A DNA stretch of 64,000 nt from Candidatus Saccharimonadota bacterium (GTDB lineage: Bacteria; Patescibacteriota; Saccharimonadia; Saccharimonadales; Saccharimonadaceae). This document shows, piece by piece, positions 18,001 through 27,276 of this stretch. The position numbers and the translations under genes are program-made. Location: assembly GCA_009785325.1 (NCBI GenBank), contig WQWN01000003.1, positions 24,450 to 88,449 on the forward strand, given 5' to 3'. The notes beneath the pieces were generated by a model that was given only the letters and a program-made list of their open reading frames with translations, made no database searches and was not told the origin of the DNA. Position 1 is the stretch's first letter; every line of letters begins with the position of its first letter.

Positions 18001-18651
18001 CTATCCAGCACCGCTGATCGCTGTGTTAATATCTTCCCCGTAGTAATCCCGATACCTCTCCCGAGCCCAGCGCTCATCACACATGTCTGCAACCCACTGT
18101 TTGAAGTCAAACTTCCATGGTCTAATTTGCAGAATTTCCAGTTCAGCTCCCGGTCTCCCGGTTATTGTGCCTTCCTCATCATACGCAAACCTTTCAGTCA
18201 CAACAAGGAGTGCCACGGTCATATTGTAGGAGGTGAGCATTGCAGTATTAATGATGTGTTCTTTGATGCTCTTGTTCCCATCATCTACACACTGCCTCCC
18301 GTTGAGTATAGTTTTCCCGCGTTTACGACGAAACCCATACACCTCAATGGCATAAACCGCCTGGCATATGCCTTCGCCTCCTTTTTCAGGCAGTGAGAAC
18401 TCCGGCTCCAGATCAAGCGCAGATTCAACCAAAACCTTCCTCTTGACTCCGAGAACATCCAGAAGATCTAAGTCCACCACAGCTTTTTCAGAGCCCTCCG
18501 CAGCTTCTCCGCTGCTCAGTTTTAAACTCCAGTACGGAGTTTCACTGTTTCTGTAGAAATACAGCCCAAACCGCCTCATTAACCGTTCTTCAGACCTCTT
18601 CAGTCCTTTCTTTCTTTTGCTATTACCGAAAATACCCAGCACAAAATCCAC
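18001..18651 (-). CDS. hypothetical protein (about 213-216 aa), no recognisable family
   Basis: Long ORF after GGAGGAGG. The start is ambiguous (GTG at 18651 or GTG at 18642). Confidence 0.5.
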   Translation of the reverse strand: MDFVLGIFGNSKRKKGLKRSEERLMRRFGLYFYRNSETPYWSLKLSSGEAAEGSEKAVVDLDLLDVLGVKRKVLVESALDLEPEFSLPEKGGEGICQAVYAIEVYGFRRKRGKTILNGRQCVDDGNKSIKEHIINTAMLTSYNMTVALLVVTERFAYDEEGTITGRPGAELEILQIRPWKFDFKQWVADMCDERWARERYRDYYGEDINTAISGAG

Positions 18652-18751
18652 CTCCTCCAGTCATTTATTTTGAATAGTAGTTTCTCAACGTCCCTAAACC
18701 GCCTTCTAGCGACAATTTACTACAGAACCATAGCACATTACATACAGGATG

Positions 18752-19396
18752 TCAATTATCACCCTTTGCATACTCCTCCACCGCCTCTTTCGCTTCATTC
18801 CATCCAAAACCTTGTCTCACCAGATACACCACTAGTTTCTCGTCATCATACTTCGCTCGCTTTCGCACGATCATCTTCCGCATCTCCTCCTTCTCGTCCC
18901 GCTCCGACCTCGCCAGAACGCTTTCAACCACCTTCACATCCACCCCCTTCTTCGCTAGCTCCATCCTTAGCCTCCTCCCACTCACTCCCTTTCGCCGCAT
19001 CCGATTCTCCACCCAGAACTCAGTAAACTTCTCATCATCCACATACCCACCATCCACCAACTTCTCCAACACCTCCTCCGTCATCCTCTCCGAAACACCT
19101 TTTTTCACTCCACCGTCCACAAGTTTCTTATCCAGCCTCTTCTTCCACAAGTACTCCTCCATCTCTCGCACGCTCCTCGGTCTCACCAGGCAATATTCCA
19201 ACACCCTCTGATAAACCTTCCCAAATTCACTCGTCTCCTCCCACCTTTCCAGCTCCAGCTCATCCATCTCCAATCCCACTCGCACTCCCAACTCCACCAC
19301 TTGTTCCAACCTCAGACTCAGCCGATACTTCCCATCCACAAACACATTCACTCGCCCCGCGTCTCTCTTTTGCTCCGTCAATTTTGTCACGATCAT
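18752..19396 (-). CDS. recX: recombination regulator RecX
   Basis: VFVDGKYRLSL...LEYCLVRPRSVREMEEYLWKK and a repeated three-helix pattern. Confidence 0.75.
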   Translation of the reverse strand: MIVTKLTEQKRDAGRVNVFVDGKYRLSLRLEQVVELGVRVGLEMDELELERWEETSEFGKVYQRVLEYCLVRPRSVREMEEYLWKKRLDKKLVDGGVKKGVSERMTEEVLEKLVDGGYVDDEKFTEFWVENRMRRKGVSGRRLRMELAKKGVDVKVVESVLARSERDEKEEMRKMIVRKRAKYDDEKLVVYLVRQGFGWNEAKEAVEEYAKGDN

Positions 19397-19397
19397 A

Positions 19398-19406
19398 TGC
19401 TACAAT
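19398..19406 (+). promoter_or_regulatory. extended -10 TGCTACAAT for rubrerythrin (leadered, with SD AGGAGG at 19420-19425)
   Basis: Seen directly. Confidence 0.55.
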
Positions 19407-19430
19407 TAAACCACAAAACAGGAGGACATC

Positions 19431-19973
19431 ATGCCAGAACTAAAAGGCTCAAAAACTGAGGAAAATCTAAAAGCAGCATTCGCAGGCGAATCCCAAGCTT
19501 GCGTCAAATACCAATACTACGCATCCCGAGCTAAAAGAGACGGCTACGAACGTATGGCCGCCATCTTCGAAGAAACTTCTCTCAACGAAAAAGAACACGC
19601 AAAACTTTGGTTCAAAGCCCTTAATGGCGGATCCGTACCTCCAACTCCCGACAACCTCCAAGACGCTGCAAACGGCGAACATCATGAATACTCCGAAATG
19701 TACCCAGATTTCGCCAAAACCGCCCGTGAAGAAGGCTTCGACGAGATCGCCGACCTCTTCGACATGGTCGCAAAAATCGAATCACAGCACGAAAAACGCT
19801 ACCTTACACTCGCAGATCGCATCGCAAAAGACGAAGTCTTCAAATCCGAAAAAACCGCCATCTGGCACTGTCGCAACTGCGGTCACACCCACATCGGCAA
19901 CAACGCCCCCGAAGAATGCCCTACTTGTGCCCACCCCCAGTCCTACTTCGAAATCAACGCTGAAAACTACTAG
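19431..19973 (+). CDS. rubrerythrin
   Basis: The ferritin-like EENLKAAFAGESQA..EKEHAKLW is followed by the C-terminal rubredoxin motif CRNCGH...CPTCAHP. Confidence 0.9.
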   Translation: MPELKGSKTEENLKAAFAGESQACVKYQYYASRAKRDGYERMAAIFEETSLNEKEHAKLWFKALNGGSVPPTPDNLQDAANGEHHEYSEMYPDFAKTAREEGFDEIADLFDMVAKIESQHEKRYLTLADRIAKDEVFKSEKTAIWHCRNCGHTHIGNNAPEECPTCAHPQSYFEINAENY

Positions 19974-19977
19974 TTCT

Positions 19978-20550
19978 TTATCGCGCCTTCAGCGCTTCTC
20001 TCACCCGCTCCGCCGTCCCTAACTTCTCATCTACTCCCTCCAGCGCCTTCATCGCATCCCCGATATTATACCCGAGCGCCATCAGCGCCTCGAGCGCTTC
20101 ATCGCCACGCCCCACCAGTTCCACCTGTTCTTTCTTGTCGTACGCTAGCGCCAGTCCCACTTTATCTTTCAAATCCACGATTACCCGCTCTGCCGACTTT
20201 TTCCCAACTCCAACAGCTTTCGCCACAAACACCGCATCCTCATTCGCAATCGCATTCCGCACCACCTCGCTCTCCCCGATCGACAAAATCGCCATCGCTG
20301 CTTTTGGCCCGATCCCTTGCACCGTAATCAACATCTCAAACAACCTCTTCCCCGCCAAATTCATAAATCCAAACAGCTCCTCACTCTGCTCCCGCACAGA
20401 GTGATACGTATAAACTTTCACCTCCGTCTCCAGCACTAGTCTCTCATATTCCAGCCCCGTCACCGTCACCTCATACCCAACTCCACCCACATCCACGATC
20501 ACACTAGACCCAAATTTCTCCACAACTTTTCCACATATATGCGCAATCAT
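19978..20550 (-). CDS. ruvA: Holliday junction helicase subunit RuvA
   Basis: MIAHICGKV...VDVGGVGYEV...LITVQGIGPKAAMAILS. Confidence 0.9.
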   Translation of the reverse strand: MIAHICGKVVEKFGSSVIVDVGGVGYEVTVTGLEYERLVLETEVKVYTYHSVREQSEELFGFMNLAGKRLFEMLITVQGIGPKAAMAILSIGESEVVRNAIANEDAVFVAKAVGVGKKSAERVIVDLKDKVGLALAYDKKEQVELVGRGDEALEALMALGYNIGDAMKALEGVDEKLGTAERVREALKAR

Positions 20551-20563
20551 AGCTCCTCCAATT

Positions 20564-22261
20564 CTACCACACCCACCACCTCCCTACTTGCACCAACTCC
20601 AGTCCTGAACTCTCAAAAATCGCCTCTACTAATCTTTCATCAACCGTCATATATAAATACTCCTCTCTCACCTCTCCTCGCATCAACTCTCCAACTATCT
20701 CCTCACGTCTTAGCTCAATCGCTCGCCAATCTTTCCGCGCAAAATACCCATCACTCAACGTCAGTCCACATACCACTCCCACATCAAACACATCAAAAGA
20801 TTCTGCATCTACCTCCTGTAAATTGATGTCGTCGAGAATCACCAAGTGTCTCCTCCCTTCACAAAACCCTTCCACCACCCCTCTCGTTCCATCGCTCAAT
20901 ACATACTCACGCTCGCTCGCCATCGCCATCACCTCACTTCGCCACCCCAGCACCATGTCTGACCTTACTACATCTTGTACTTGAACCAACACCGCCAACC
21001 CCAAAACCACTACCGTCGCCCACACTTTCACTTTCCTCATCCATATAATCACTCCAATTACTACACCGATCACTACCAAATAATAAATCGGCCAAAACAA
21101 CCTTTCCGTCGCCCGGAAAATCGACCATATCCGCTCCACCAACCCCGGTAGCTCCACTCTCACTAACTCATGTTGACCAAAAGCCACTACCGGACCCATT
21201 GCCAACACCACCAGCCCTACTATCGGCACCATCGCCAGCACTCTCTGCCATGTCACCCACTTCCTCCATCCTGAAGTCTTTTTGCGCTTTCGTGCCAGTT
21301 CCAAAATACCCACCCCTAGCAGTATCACCAAAACCCCAATCACCCCCATTCCCAAATAAGCCAGTCCACTATTCATTCCATCTTCCGGCATCGCAATCGG
21401 CCGTAGCATCCTGCTATACCCACCTCCGTTAAACATCGCCAGTAAATTAATCCCCATCTCCCCCAGCCCACCTGCTACCGCATTTCTCATAGGAATCGTA
21501 AAAGCCCCAATTAACCACATCCACACCCCCATAGCCGCCACCGAAACTCCTATTTTCAGTATCGACCCTCGCCAATTCACCCAGCTCAACACCAGCGCAC
21601 TCATCATCAACGCCCCCACCATCGGCACAAAGTACAAATGAACCCCCACCGCCAAAACCATCAACGCCCCCCAACTCAACACAAACTTCCTCCACTCCAT
21701 TCGCCGCCTATACGTTAACAACAAATACACCGCCAGCAAAACCACGAAGTGCGCCGCCAGCGCTGTATGTACAAACACTCTTGCAAACATCACTGGACTC
21801 ATCACTAGTAGAGCCGACCCAAAAATCACTACCCACATATTTTTCGTAAACAGTCCAAATATCTTCGCCGCCACAAACGCCATCAAAAAATAACACATCA
21901 ACCCAAACAACCCAAAATATTGAAAACTCTCTGGCAGCCACTCAGAAAAGATCTTAAAGAGTATCGCTACGATCGGAATACTATCGACAAACATCACACT
22001 CAGCCCATCTGGGTACGCCAAGCCATCAATCATCCCAATATGCGGAAAGTTCCAGCTCGACACTCGAAAATACTCCCATCCCACCTGATGCTGCGTCAGG
22101 TCCATATTACGATTCATTAACCACGCCGTATTTGTCACATCTACCACCTCCATTCCAAACATCGCCAGAAAATACACTACTCCAAAAACTCCGCACAACC
22201 ACGCCACCCAGTTCGCCCGCCAGTATCGCACCCACCACGCCTTTATTTTCACCAACTTCAC
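20564..22261 (-). CDS. polytopic membrane protein (DUF6311-like, possible glycan-related)
   Basis: About 12 hydrophobic segments. The N-terminal DLTQHQVGWEYFRVSSWNFPHIGMIDGLAYPDG..DSIP pattern is present. Confidence 0.5.
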   Translation of the reverse strand: MKLVKIKAWWVRYWRANWVAWLCGVFGVVYFLAMFGMEVVDVTNTAWLMNRNMDLTQHQVGWEYFRVSSWNFPHIGMIDGLAYPDGLSVMFVDSIPIVAILFKIFSEWLPESFQYFGLFGLMCYFLMAFVAAKIFGLFTKNMWVVIFGSALLVMSPVMFARVFVHTALAAHFVVLLAVYLLLTYRRRMEWRKFVLSWGALMVLAVGVHLYFVPMVGALMMSALVLSWVNWRGSILKIGVSVAAMGVWMWLIGAFTIPMRNAVAGGLGEMGINLLAMFNGGGYSRMLRPIAMPEDGMNSGLAYLGMGVIGVLVILLGVGILELARKRKKTSGWRKWVTWQRVLAMVPIVGLVVLAMGPVVAFGQHELVRVELPGLVERIWSIFRATERLFWPIYYLVVIGVVIGVIIWMRKVKVWATVVVLGLAVLVQVQDVVRSDMVLGWRSEVMAMASEREYVLSDGTRGVVEGFCEGRRHLVILDDINLQEVDAESFDVFDVGVVCGLTLSDGYFARKDWRAIELRREEIVGELMRGEVREEYLYMTVDERLVEAIFESSGLELVQVGRWWVW

Positions 22262-22737
22262 CTCAACTTCCCCATCATTACATGAGTAATCGCCGCCGCC
22301 AAAGCATCCGCCGCATCATCAGGTTTCGGCACTTCGCTCAGCCCCAGATGCACCCGCACCATTTCCTGCACCTGCTTCTTTTCCGCCCGCCCATACCCCG
22401 TCATCGTTTGCTTGATTTGTAGCGGCGTATATTCCGCGATTTTCACTCCAGCCTGCTTCGCCACCAGCATCGCTACACCTCTCGCATGCGCCACACTGAT
22501 CGCCGTCGTCACATTTTTCGCAAAAAACAACTTCTCAATCACCACCTCATCAGGCTTCGTCTCCTCCATCACTTCCCGTAAACTATCATAAATATCCAAC
22601 AACCGATCATCCAGCGGCGTATGCGCAGGACTTTTCACTACCCCCGCCGTCACCAGTTTCACCTTCCCCGACTTCTCGACATCCACCACCCCGAACCCCA
22701 AAATCCCCGTCCCCGGATCAATCCCCAAAATCCTCAC
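22258..22737 (-). CDS. ruvC: Holliday junction resolvase RuvC
   Basis: MRILGIDPGTGILGFGVV...EKLFFAKN...ADALAAAI. Confidence 0.9.
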   Translation of the reverse strand: MRILGIDPGTGILGFGVVDVEKSGKVKLVTAGVVKSPAHTPLDDRLLDIYDSLREVMEETKPDEVVIEKLFFAKNVTTAISVAHARGVAMLVAKQAGVKIAEYTPLQIKQTMTGYGRAEKKQVQEMVRVHLGLSEVPKPDDAADALAAAITHVMMGKLR

Positions 22738-23378
22738 CTGAGAACCTCTCGCTTATCGCCATCCACTACTAGAACTTCCTCATCCGTCAACCCCACAAAC
22801 TCTAATCCCAATTGCCGGAACACCTCCATTATCCTACCTACTAACTCACCAAAACGCCCATCTCCCACATGCGGCACCACTCTTACATCCGTCAGTCCCA
22901 TCCCCTCCCAAATCACTTCCCGTCGATACTTATCTGGCACCACATTCGGGTCGTCTGCAGCTTCAAAATACGCTAAACTCGGCCCCACCACGATCGCTCC
23001 CGCACTATCACCCGCACATACCATCCGCCCCGCTCGCACCTCCCGATTAATCACCGCATCCATTCCCGAGTATGCCAGCGCCTTTCTGAGGATAAACGTA
23101 TTTCCACCCGCCAAAACCACCGCCCCCGGCTTCCATTTCTTCACGAAATCCGCCATCTCTCCCACTTTTCCGAAATAATTCCTCAGATCCAACTCTTCCG
23201 CCTCCATCCCCATTTCTCTCAAAATCCCTAACTTCCTCTCTACACTCTCCGCTCGCTCTTCCGCCGACTTGTAATCCTTCGCATTCGAAACCAAAAGCAC
23301 CCGCCGATTCTCCCCGCACATCTCCACAAACCTCTCGTCAAACTTCCCATAATCCTGGCTCGCCAAAAACAACTTCAT
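22734..23378 (-). CDS. peptidase S51 family protein (second copy in the window)
   Basis: VVLAGGNTFILRKAL...CAGDSAGAIVVG. Confidence 0.7.
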   Translation of the reverse strand: MKLFLASQDYGKFDERFVEMCGENRRVLLVSNAKDYKSAEERAESVERKLGILREMGMEAEELDLRNYFGKVGEMADFVKKWKPGAVVLAGGNTFILRKALAYSGMDAVINREVRAGRMVCAGDSAGAIVVGPSLAYFEAADDPNVVPDKYRREVIWEGMGLTDVRVVPHVGDGRFGELVGRIMEVFRQLGLEFVGLTDEEVLVVDGDKREVLR

Positions 23379-23421
23379 ATCACCATCTTACCACACCAGT
23401 AACTAGCACTCTCTGCAGAAA

Positions 23422-24978
23422 TCACCCTTTAGAAATACTAGCCAAAACCTTCCGCCCCATCCCCGCGATTTCTTTTCTAAACTGGATCGCAGCCACCACC
23501 AAACCTCCACCCACCACGACCACCAGCCCCCACGTCCCTACAAAAACCGACCGCTCGTCCGATTCCATCGGATCAGTCCCAAAAGCCGCTCCTATATTCT
23601 CCCTAATCAACCTACACCGCCCCGTTTCAGGATTCCTCTCCCAACCAGGCGCGCAAGGCGCTGGCCCAGTATCTTCCTGAATCCTCCTACATCGATTCGT
23701 CTCAGGATTCCGATAATACCCCTCCCGACACGGCGCCAGCCCCACGATCACCGGGATATTTCGACATCGCCCCGTCTCTTCACTCCGATACCGCCCAGGC
23801 CCACAGTCCACCAGAGGCGTCGGCTCGTTCACACAATTCCCCGTCTCAGGATTTATCACTCTCCCAGGCTCGCAAATCCTAAATTCACTCCATATATTTT
23901 CCGCTCCCGGCGTTGGCACATAAGTCTCTTTCCATCCGTCTGCGAAAAGTGCCCAACTCGTCCCCGTCCTTTGCCTTGCATAAAACACCTCGTCCACAAA
24001 GTCATACTCATCACTGCTCGTCAAAATCCTCACAGGATTCCCCACAGCCGATGACGGACTCCGCGTCATCGTCAGCCCTCCATCATCAGCCCACACCACT
24101 AGATACCCATACATCCCGAGCACTCTCCCCTCATCAAATCTAACTGTCGTCCACGAATTTCCCGCCCTCACACTCACTCGACACCCCGACAGATCCACCA
24201 CCACACCTCTCGCATTATGTACCTCGACAAACTGCCGATCCAAATTCGCCCCGATCTCCGTGATAATCAGTCCTTCACACAAATTTACATCCTCCGGCCT
24301 GACCTCAACTTCTTCTCCTTCTTCCTCCACCTCATCCACCACAAAACCTCCACTCCTCAACTCCCAGCCTTCATACGTCAAAATCAACCAATCCCTCGCC
24401 GCCGACCCTTCACAGCTCACTCTCACCACCCCCACAAAACACCCTTCCAGCATCGCCGACCCACCGACCATATTCGTACTCCCCGTCGCATGCACCCCGC
24501 CACAATTAGCTATCGTCCCAAAACACAAACTATCCACCATCACCCCATCCACCCACAAGTCCACCGACCGATTCGCCACAATTTGATTTCCCACCCACCC
24601 CTGTCCTACAAAATCCTCCTGTAAAAACGTAAAGTACGAATCCGCCTCAAAAACCCCAGCTCCCACACCCACCCTCAGCCTATTCGCCCCACTCAACACC
24701 ACCGCCACAGACTCCACCCGCACACTTCCACCCGTATTCCTCACCTCTACAAAAGCCCTCCCTTCATCCATCCCGATCCTCGACAAGTAAATCCCGCCAT
24801 CTATATCCTCCCCCTCATCACCTCCCTCCTCTCCCAATCCTATCTCATCTTCAATCTCCTCCCACTCCGCCAAATCCTCCATCCCCATATCCGCACTCAC
24901 TACTCCCACCACTCCCAAATTCAAAATCATCCCGACCATCACCACTAGTGTCACAAAACGCTTAAACTTTTTCATCAC
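23422..24978 (-). CDS. surface-anchored protein with two lamin-tail-like domains, five Cys-pair NPETGxC repeats and a C-terminal TM anchor
   Basis: Signal peptide present. RAFVEVRNTGG and LIITEIGANLDRQFVEVHNARG are LTD-like. The repeats are C.PG...NPETG.C. The C-terminal helix is WGLVVVVGGGLVVAAIQF. Confidence 0.55.
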   Translation of the reverse strand: MMKKFKRFVTLVVMVGMILNLGVVGVVSADMGMEDLAEWEEIEDEIGLGEEGGDEGEDIDGGIYLSRIGMDEGRAFVEVRNTGGSVRVESVAVVLSGANRLRVGVGAGVFEADSYFTFLQEDFVGQGWVGNQIVANRSVDLWVDGVMVDSLCFGTIANCGGVHATGSTNMVGGSAMLEGCFVGVVRVSCEGSAARDWLILTYEGWELRSGGFVVDEVEEEGEEVEVRPEDVNLCEGLIITEIGANLDRQFVEVHNARGVVVDLSGCRVSVRAGNSWTTVRFDEGRVLGMYGYLVVWADDGGLTMTRSPSSAVGNPVRILTSSDEYDFVDEVFYARQRTGTSWALFADGWKETYVPTPGAENIWSEFRICEPGRVINPETGNCVNEPTPLVDCGPGRYRSEETGRCRNIPVIVGLAPCREGYYRNPETNRCRRIQEDTGPAPCAPGWERNPETGRCRLIRENIGAAFGTDPMESDERSVFVGTWGLVVVVGGGLVVAAIQFRKEIAGMGRKVLASISKG

Positions 24979-25121
24979 TAAATAATATCAACACCCCTAG
25001 TCCTCCACTAGTCTTTTTATTTACATTTTTCGTGTTTTTACTCATCTCCTTACCCACTCGCATCACCCCTGATAAAATCTCCAAATCACAACATAATCTG
25101 CCCCAAATCCCAAAAATCCTA

Positions 25122-25130
25122 TGCTAAAAT
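25122..25130 (+). promoter_or_regulatory. extended -10 TGCTAAAAT 6 nt upstream of the pduL ATG (leaderless-type)
   Basis: Seen directly. Confidence 0.55.
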
Positions 25131-25136
25131 AATTCT

Positions 25137-25706
25137 ATGAATAAAATCCCCGTCTCCATCTCCGCTCGCCACATCCATCTTTCCGAAAAAGACCGCATCG
25201 CCCTCTTCGGCGAAACCCCTCTCGAAAAACTCCGCGATCTCTCCCAGTCAGGTCAATTCGCCACTACCGCCACCGTCACCATTTCCACCGACGCAGGCGA
25301 AATTCCAAATGTCCGCATCCTCGGCCCTGACCGCCCCGAAACCCAAGTCGAAATCTCCAAAACCGACTCCTTCACACTCAAACTCCAACCCCCCGTCCGC
25401 CTCTCAGGCGACCTCACAAACACCTCAGGTATCAAAATCACCGCAGAAAACGGCAACTCCATCGCTATTCTCTACGGCGTCATCATTGCCGCCCGCCACC
25501 TACACTGTGACCCCATCTCAGCTCAAAAACTAAACTTCACCGACGGCCAAAAAATATCCGCCCGCTTCCATACTTCTCGCGGCGGCATATTAGAAGATAT
25601 CATCGTCCGCGTCTCCCCTGAAGCTACCCTCGACCTCCACCTCGACACCGACGAAGCTAACGCTCTCGACGCCACTTCTAACACACTCGCCGAAATAATC
25701 AACTAA
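25137..25706 (+). CDS. pduL: phosphate acyltransferase PduL
   Basis: Duplicated motif: PVSISARHIHLS and IIAARHLHC, plus HLDTDEANA. Confidence 0.8.
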   Translation: MNKIPVSISARHIHLSEKDRIALFGETPLEKLRDLSQSGQFATTATVTISTDAGEIPNVRILGPDRPETQVEISKTDSFTLKLQPPVRLSGDLTNTSGIKITAENGNSIAILYGVIIAARHLHCDPISAQKLNFTDGQKISARFHTSRGGILEDIIVRVSPEATLDLHLDTDEANALDATSNTLAEIIN

Positions 25707-26165
25707 CTACAATAACTCAAACCTAAAGAAATTCGTCTCTCGGATCTCCGCCCCTTGCTTCAGGTAAAACCCTACAGCCCCCGTCTTTTTATCTCCACCA
25801 GTCGACGTAAATTCCAGCCTCCTTGCGCCCTTTTCACGCCCCCACGCCACCACAGCCTCCCACAAAATCCCCCCGACCCCCTGCCCTTGCCTATCACCTT
25901 TCACTACACAGTCCTCCAAATACACATTTCTCCCCACATACGCTCCCAACACTACCGACACCGTCGCCATCCCGATCAATTCCTCCCCATCAAAAACCAA
26001 CAACTGATCGTGCAACTCCGACTCTACTATCATCTCGACCCACTCCTGACTCATTGCCCCGCCATCATACTTCGGCGTCAAATCCCTGAGCAGCCTCCCC
26101 ATCTCTCTCGCCAACCCCTCATCCCATCTCTCCAATCTCCTCACCTCGATCTTCTTCTCGCTCAT
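25707..26165 (-). CDS. GNAT family N-acetyltransferase
   Basis: VVKGDRQGQGVGGILWEAV matches the acetyl-CoA binding motif A (Q/RxxGxG/A). The start was chosen at MSEKKIEV. Confidence 0.7.
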   Translation of the reverse strand: MSEKKIEVRRLERWDEGLAREMGRLLRDLTPKYDGGAMSQEWVEMIVESELHDQLLVFDGEELIGMATVSVVLGAYVGRNVYLEDCVVKGDRQGQGVGGILWEAVVAWGREKGARRLEFTSTGGDKKTGAVGFYLKQGAEIRETNFFRFELL

Positions 26166-26178
26166 CCAATTTTCCTTT

Positions 26179-27276
26179 CTAACTATAAAGTCCGTGCCAT
26201 CTCCGCCCATCAAAGATCATCGTCGGGATCATCTTCGTCCGAATCACATTGTCCACCACGTTCATATTCGTTTCGATCGTCGCCCTTACCTCTCCCGACC
26301 TCGACCGATCCACGATCTGCTCCAATTCCTCCTCACTAAACCCCCACTCCCTCAGCCAACTCTGCAGTCTCTCCTCCGCCTCTTCTGCACTATAAGACGC
26401 ATTAAATGCATCCTGATATTGCCGCCCCATCTCATCAAACCCCGTAAACAGCCTATCAATAATCATCCAATCCGTTGCAAGCTCCGTCCTCAAAATCTCC
26501 CCCTCCCCCTCTTCCAACTCCAAAAACCATTCCAACTCCACGCTCCGCACCGCTTCGATATATCGCACAATCAAATACGAATTCCTAAACGCCCACTCCT
26601 CACCTTGCACTCCAGGAATCGGATACGCCAAAAACGCCAAATTATATCGATCCATAAACCCCGAATCTAGCTTATTCAAGTACGAATCTCGACAAACTCC
26701 ACATCCCGGATCCAAAATCTTCAACGCAATCGGCAACCCCCAATCGAAATCCCGATAAAAACTCGCATTCTCAGGGATATAATCCATCGCATCCCAATTC
26801 CTAAACCTCACTGGAATCCCACTAAACGCCTCTCCAAACTCTGAGAACCAATTCGTCACAAACCTATGCGGCTGCCCGGTCCTGATCGATTCAATAAACC
26901 CCAGCCTCTCTCCATCAATATTACACGCCTCGCCCGTCCCCAGTACACACGCACTCGGCTGTCTCACGTCACACGTCCCAAAAGCAATCATCGCCGCACC
27001 GCCCTTCACCACTTCCGCCACACTCCACACCATCACGATCACCAGCACCACCGCCAAAACTTCCATCGCTACCCCAAGTGGCTTCACCAGTTCAGGTCGC
27101 CGCATCACCACTCGTGCCAACACCGAATTTTTCACATCATCCTTAAACCCCGTCTCACACTTTTGCAGCCGCACTTTCTTCGTCAAACATGCCCACGCCT
27201 TTTTCAAAGGTCTACGGAATCTCGCCGAAAAAATCGACGTAATACACAGTATAAAAAACGCAACAATACAGACCAT
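26179..27276 (-). CDS. membrane-anchored thioredoxin-fold (DsbA-like) protein
   Basis: N-terminal TM segments, a CGVC (CxxC) motif in ILDPGCGVCRDS, and the C-terminal IPTMIFDG pattern. Confidence 0.45.
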   Translation of the reverse strand: MVCIVAFFILCITSIFSARFRRPLKKAWACLTKKVRLQKCETGFKDDVKNSVLARVVMRRPELVKPLGVAMEVLAVVLVIVMVWSVAEVVKGGAAMIAFGTCDVRQPSACVLGTGEACNIDGERLGFIESIRTGQPHRFVTNWFSEFGEAFSGIPVRFRNWDAMDYIPENASFYRDFDWGLPIALKILDPGCGVCRDSYLNKLDSGFMDRYNLAFLAYPIPGVQGEEWAFRNSYLIVRYIEAVRSVELEWFLELEEGEGEILRTELATDWMIIDRLFTGFDEMGRQYQDAFNASYSAEEAEERLQSWLREWGFSEEELEQIVDRSRSGEVRATIETNMNVVDNVIRTKMIPTMIFDGRRWHGLYS

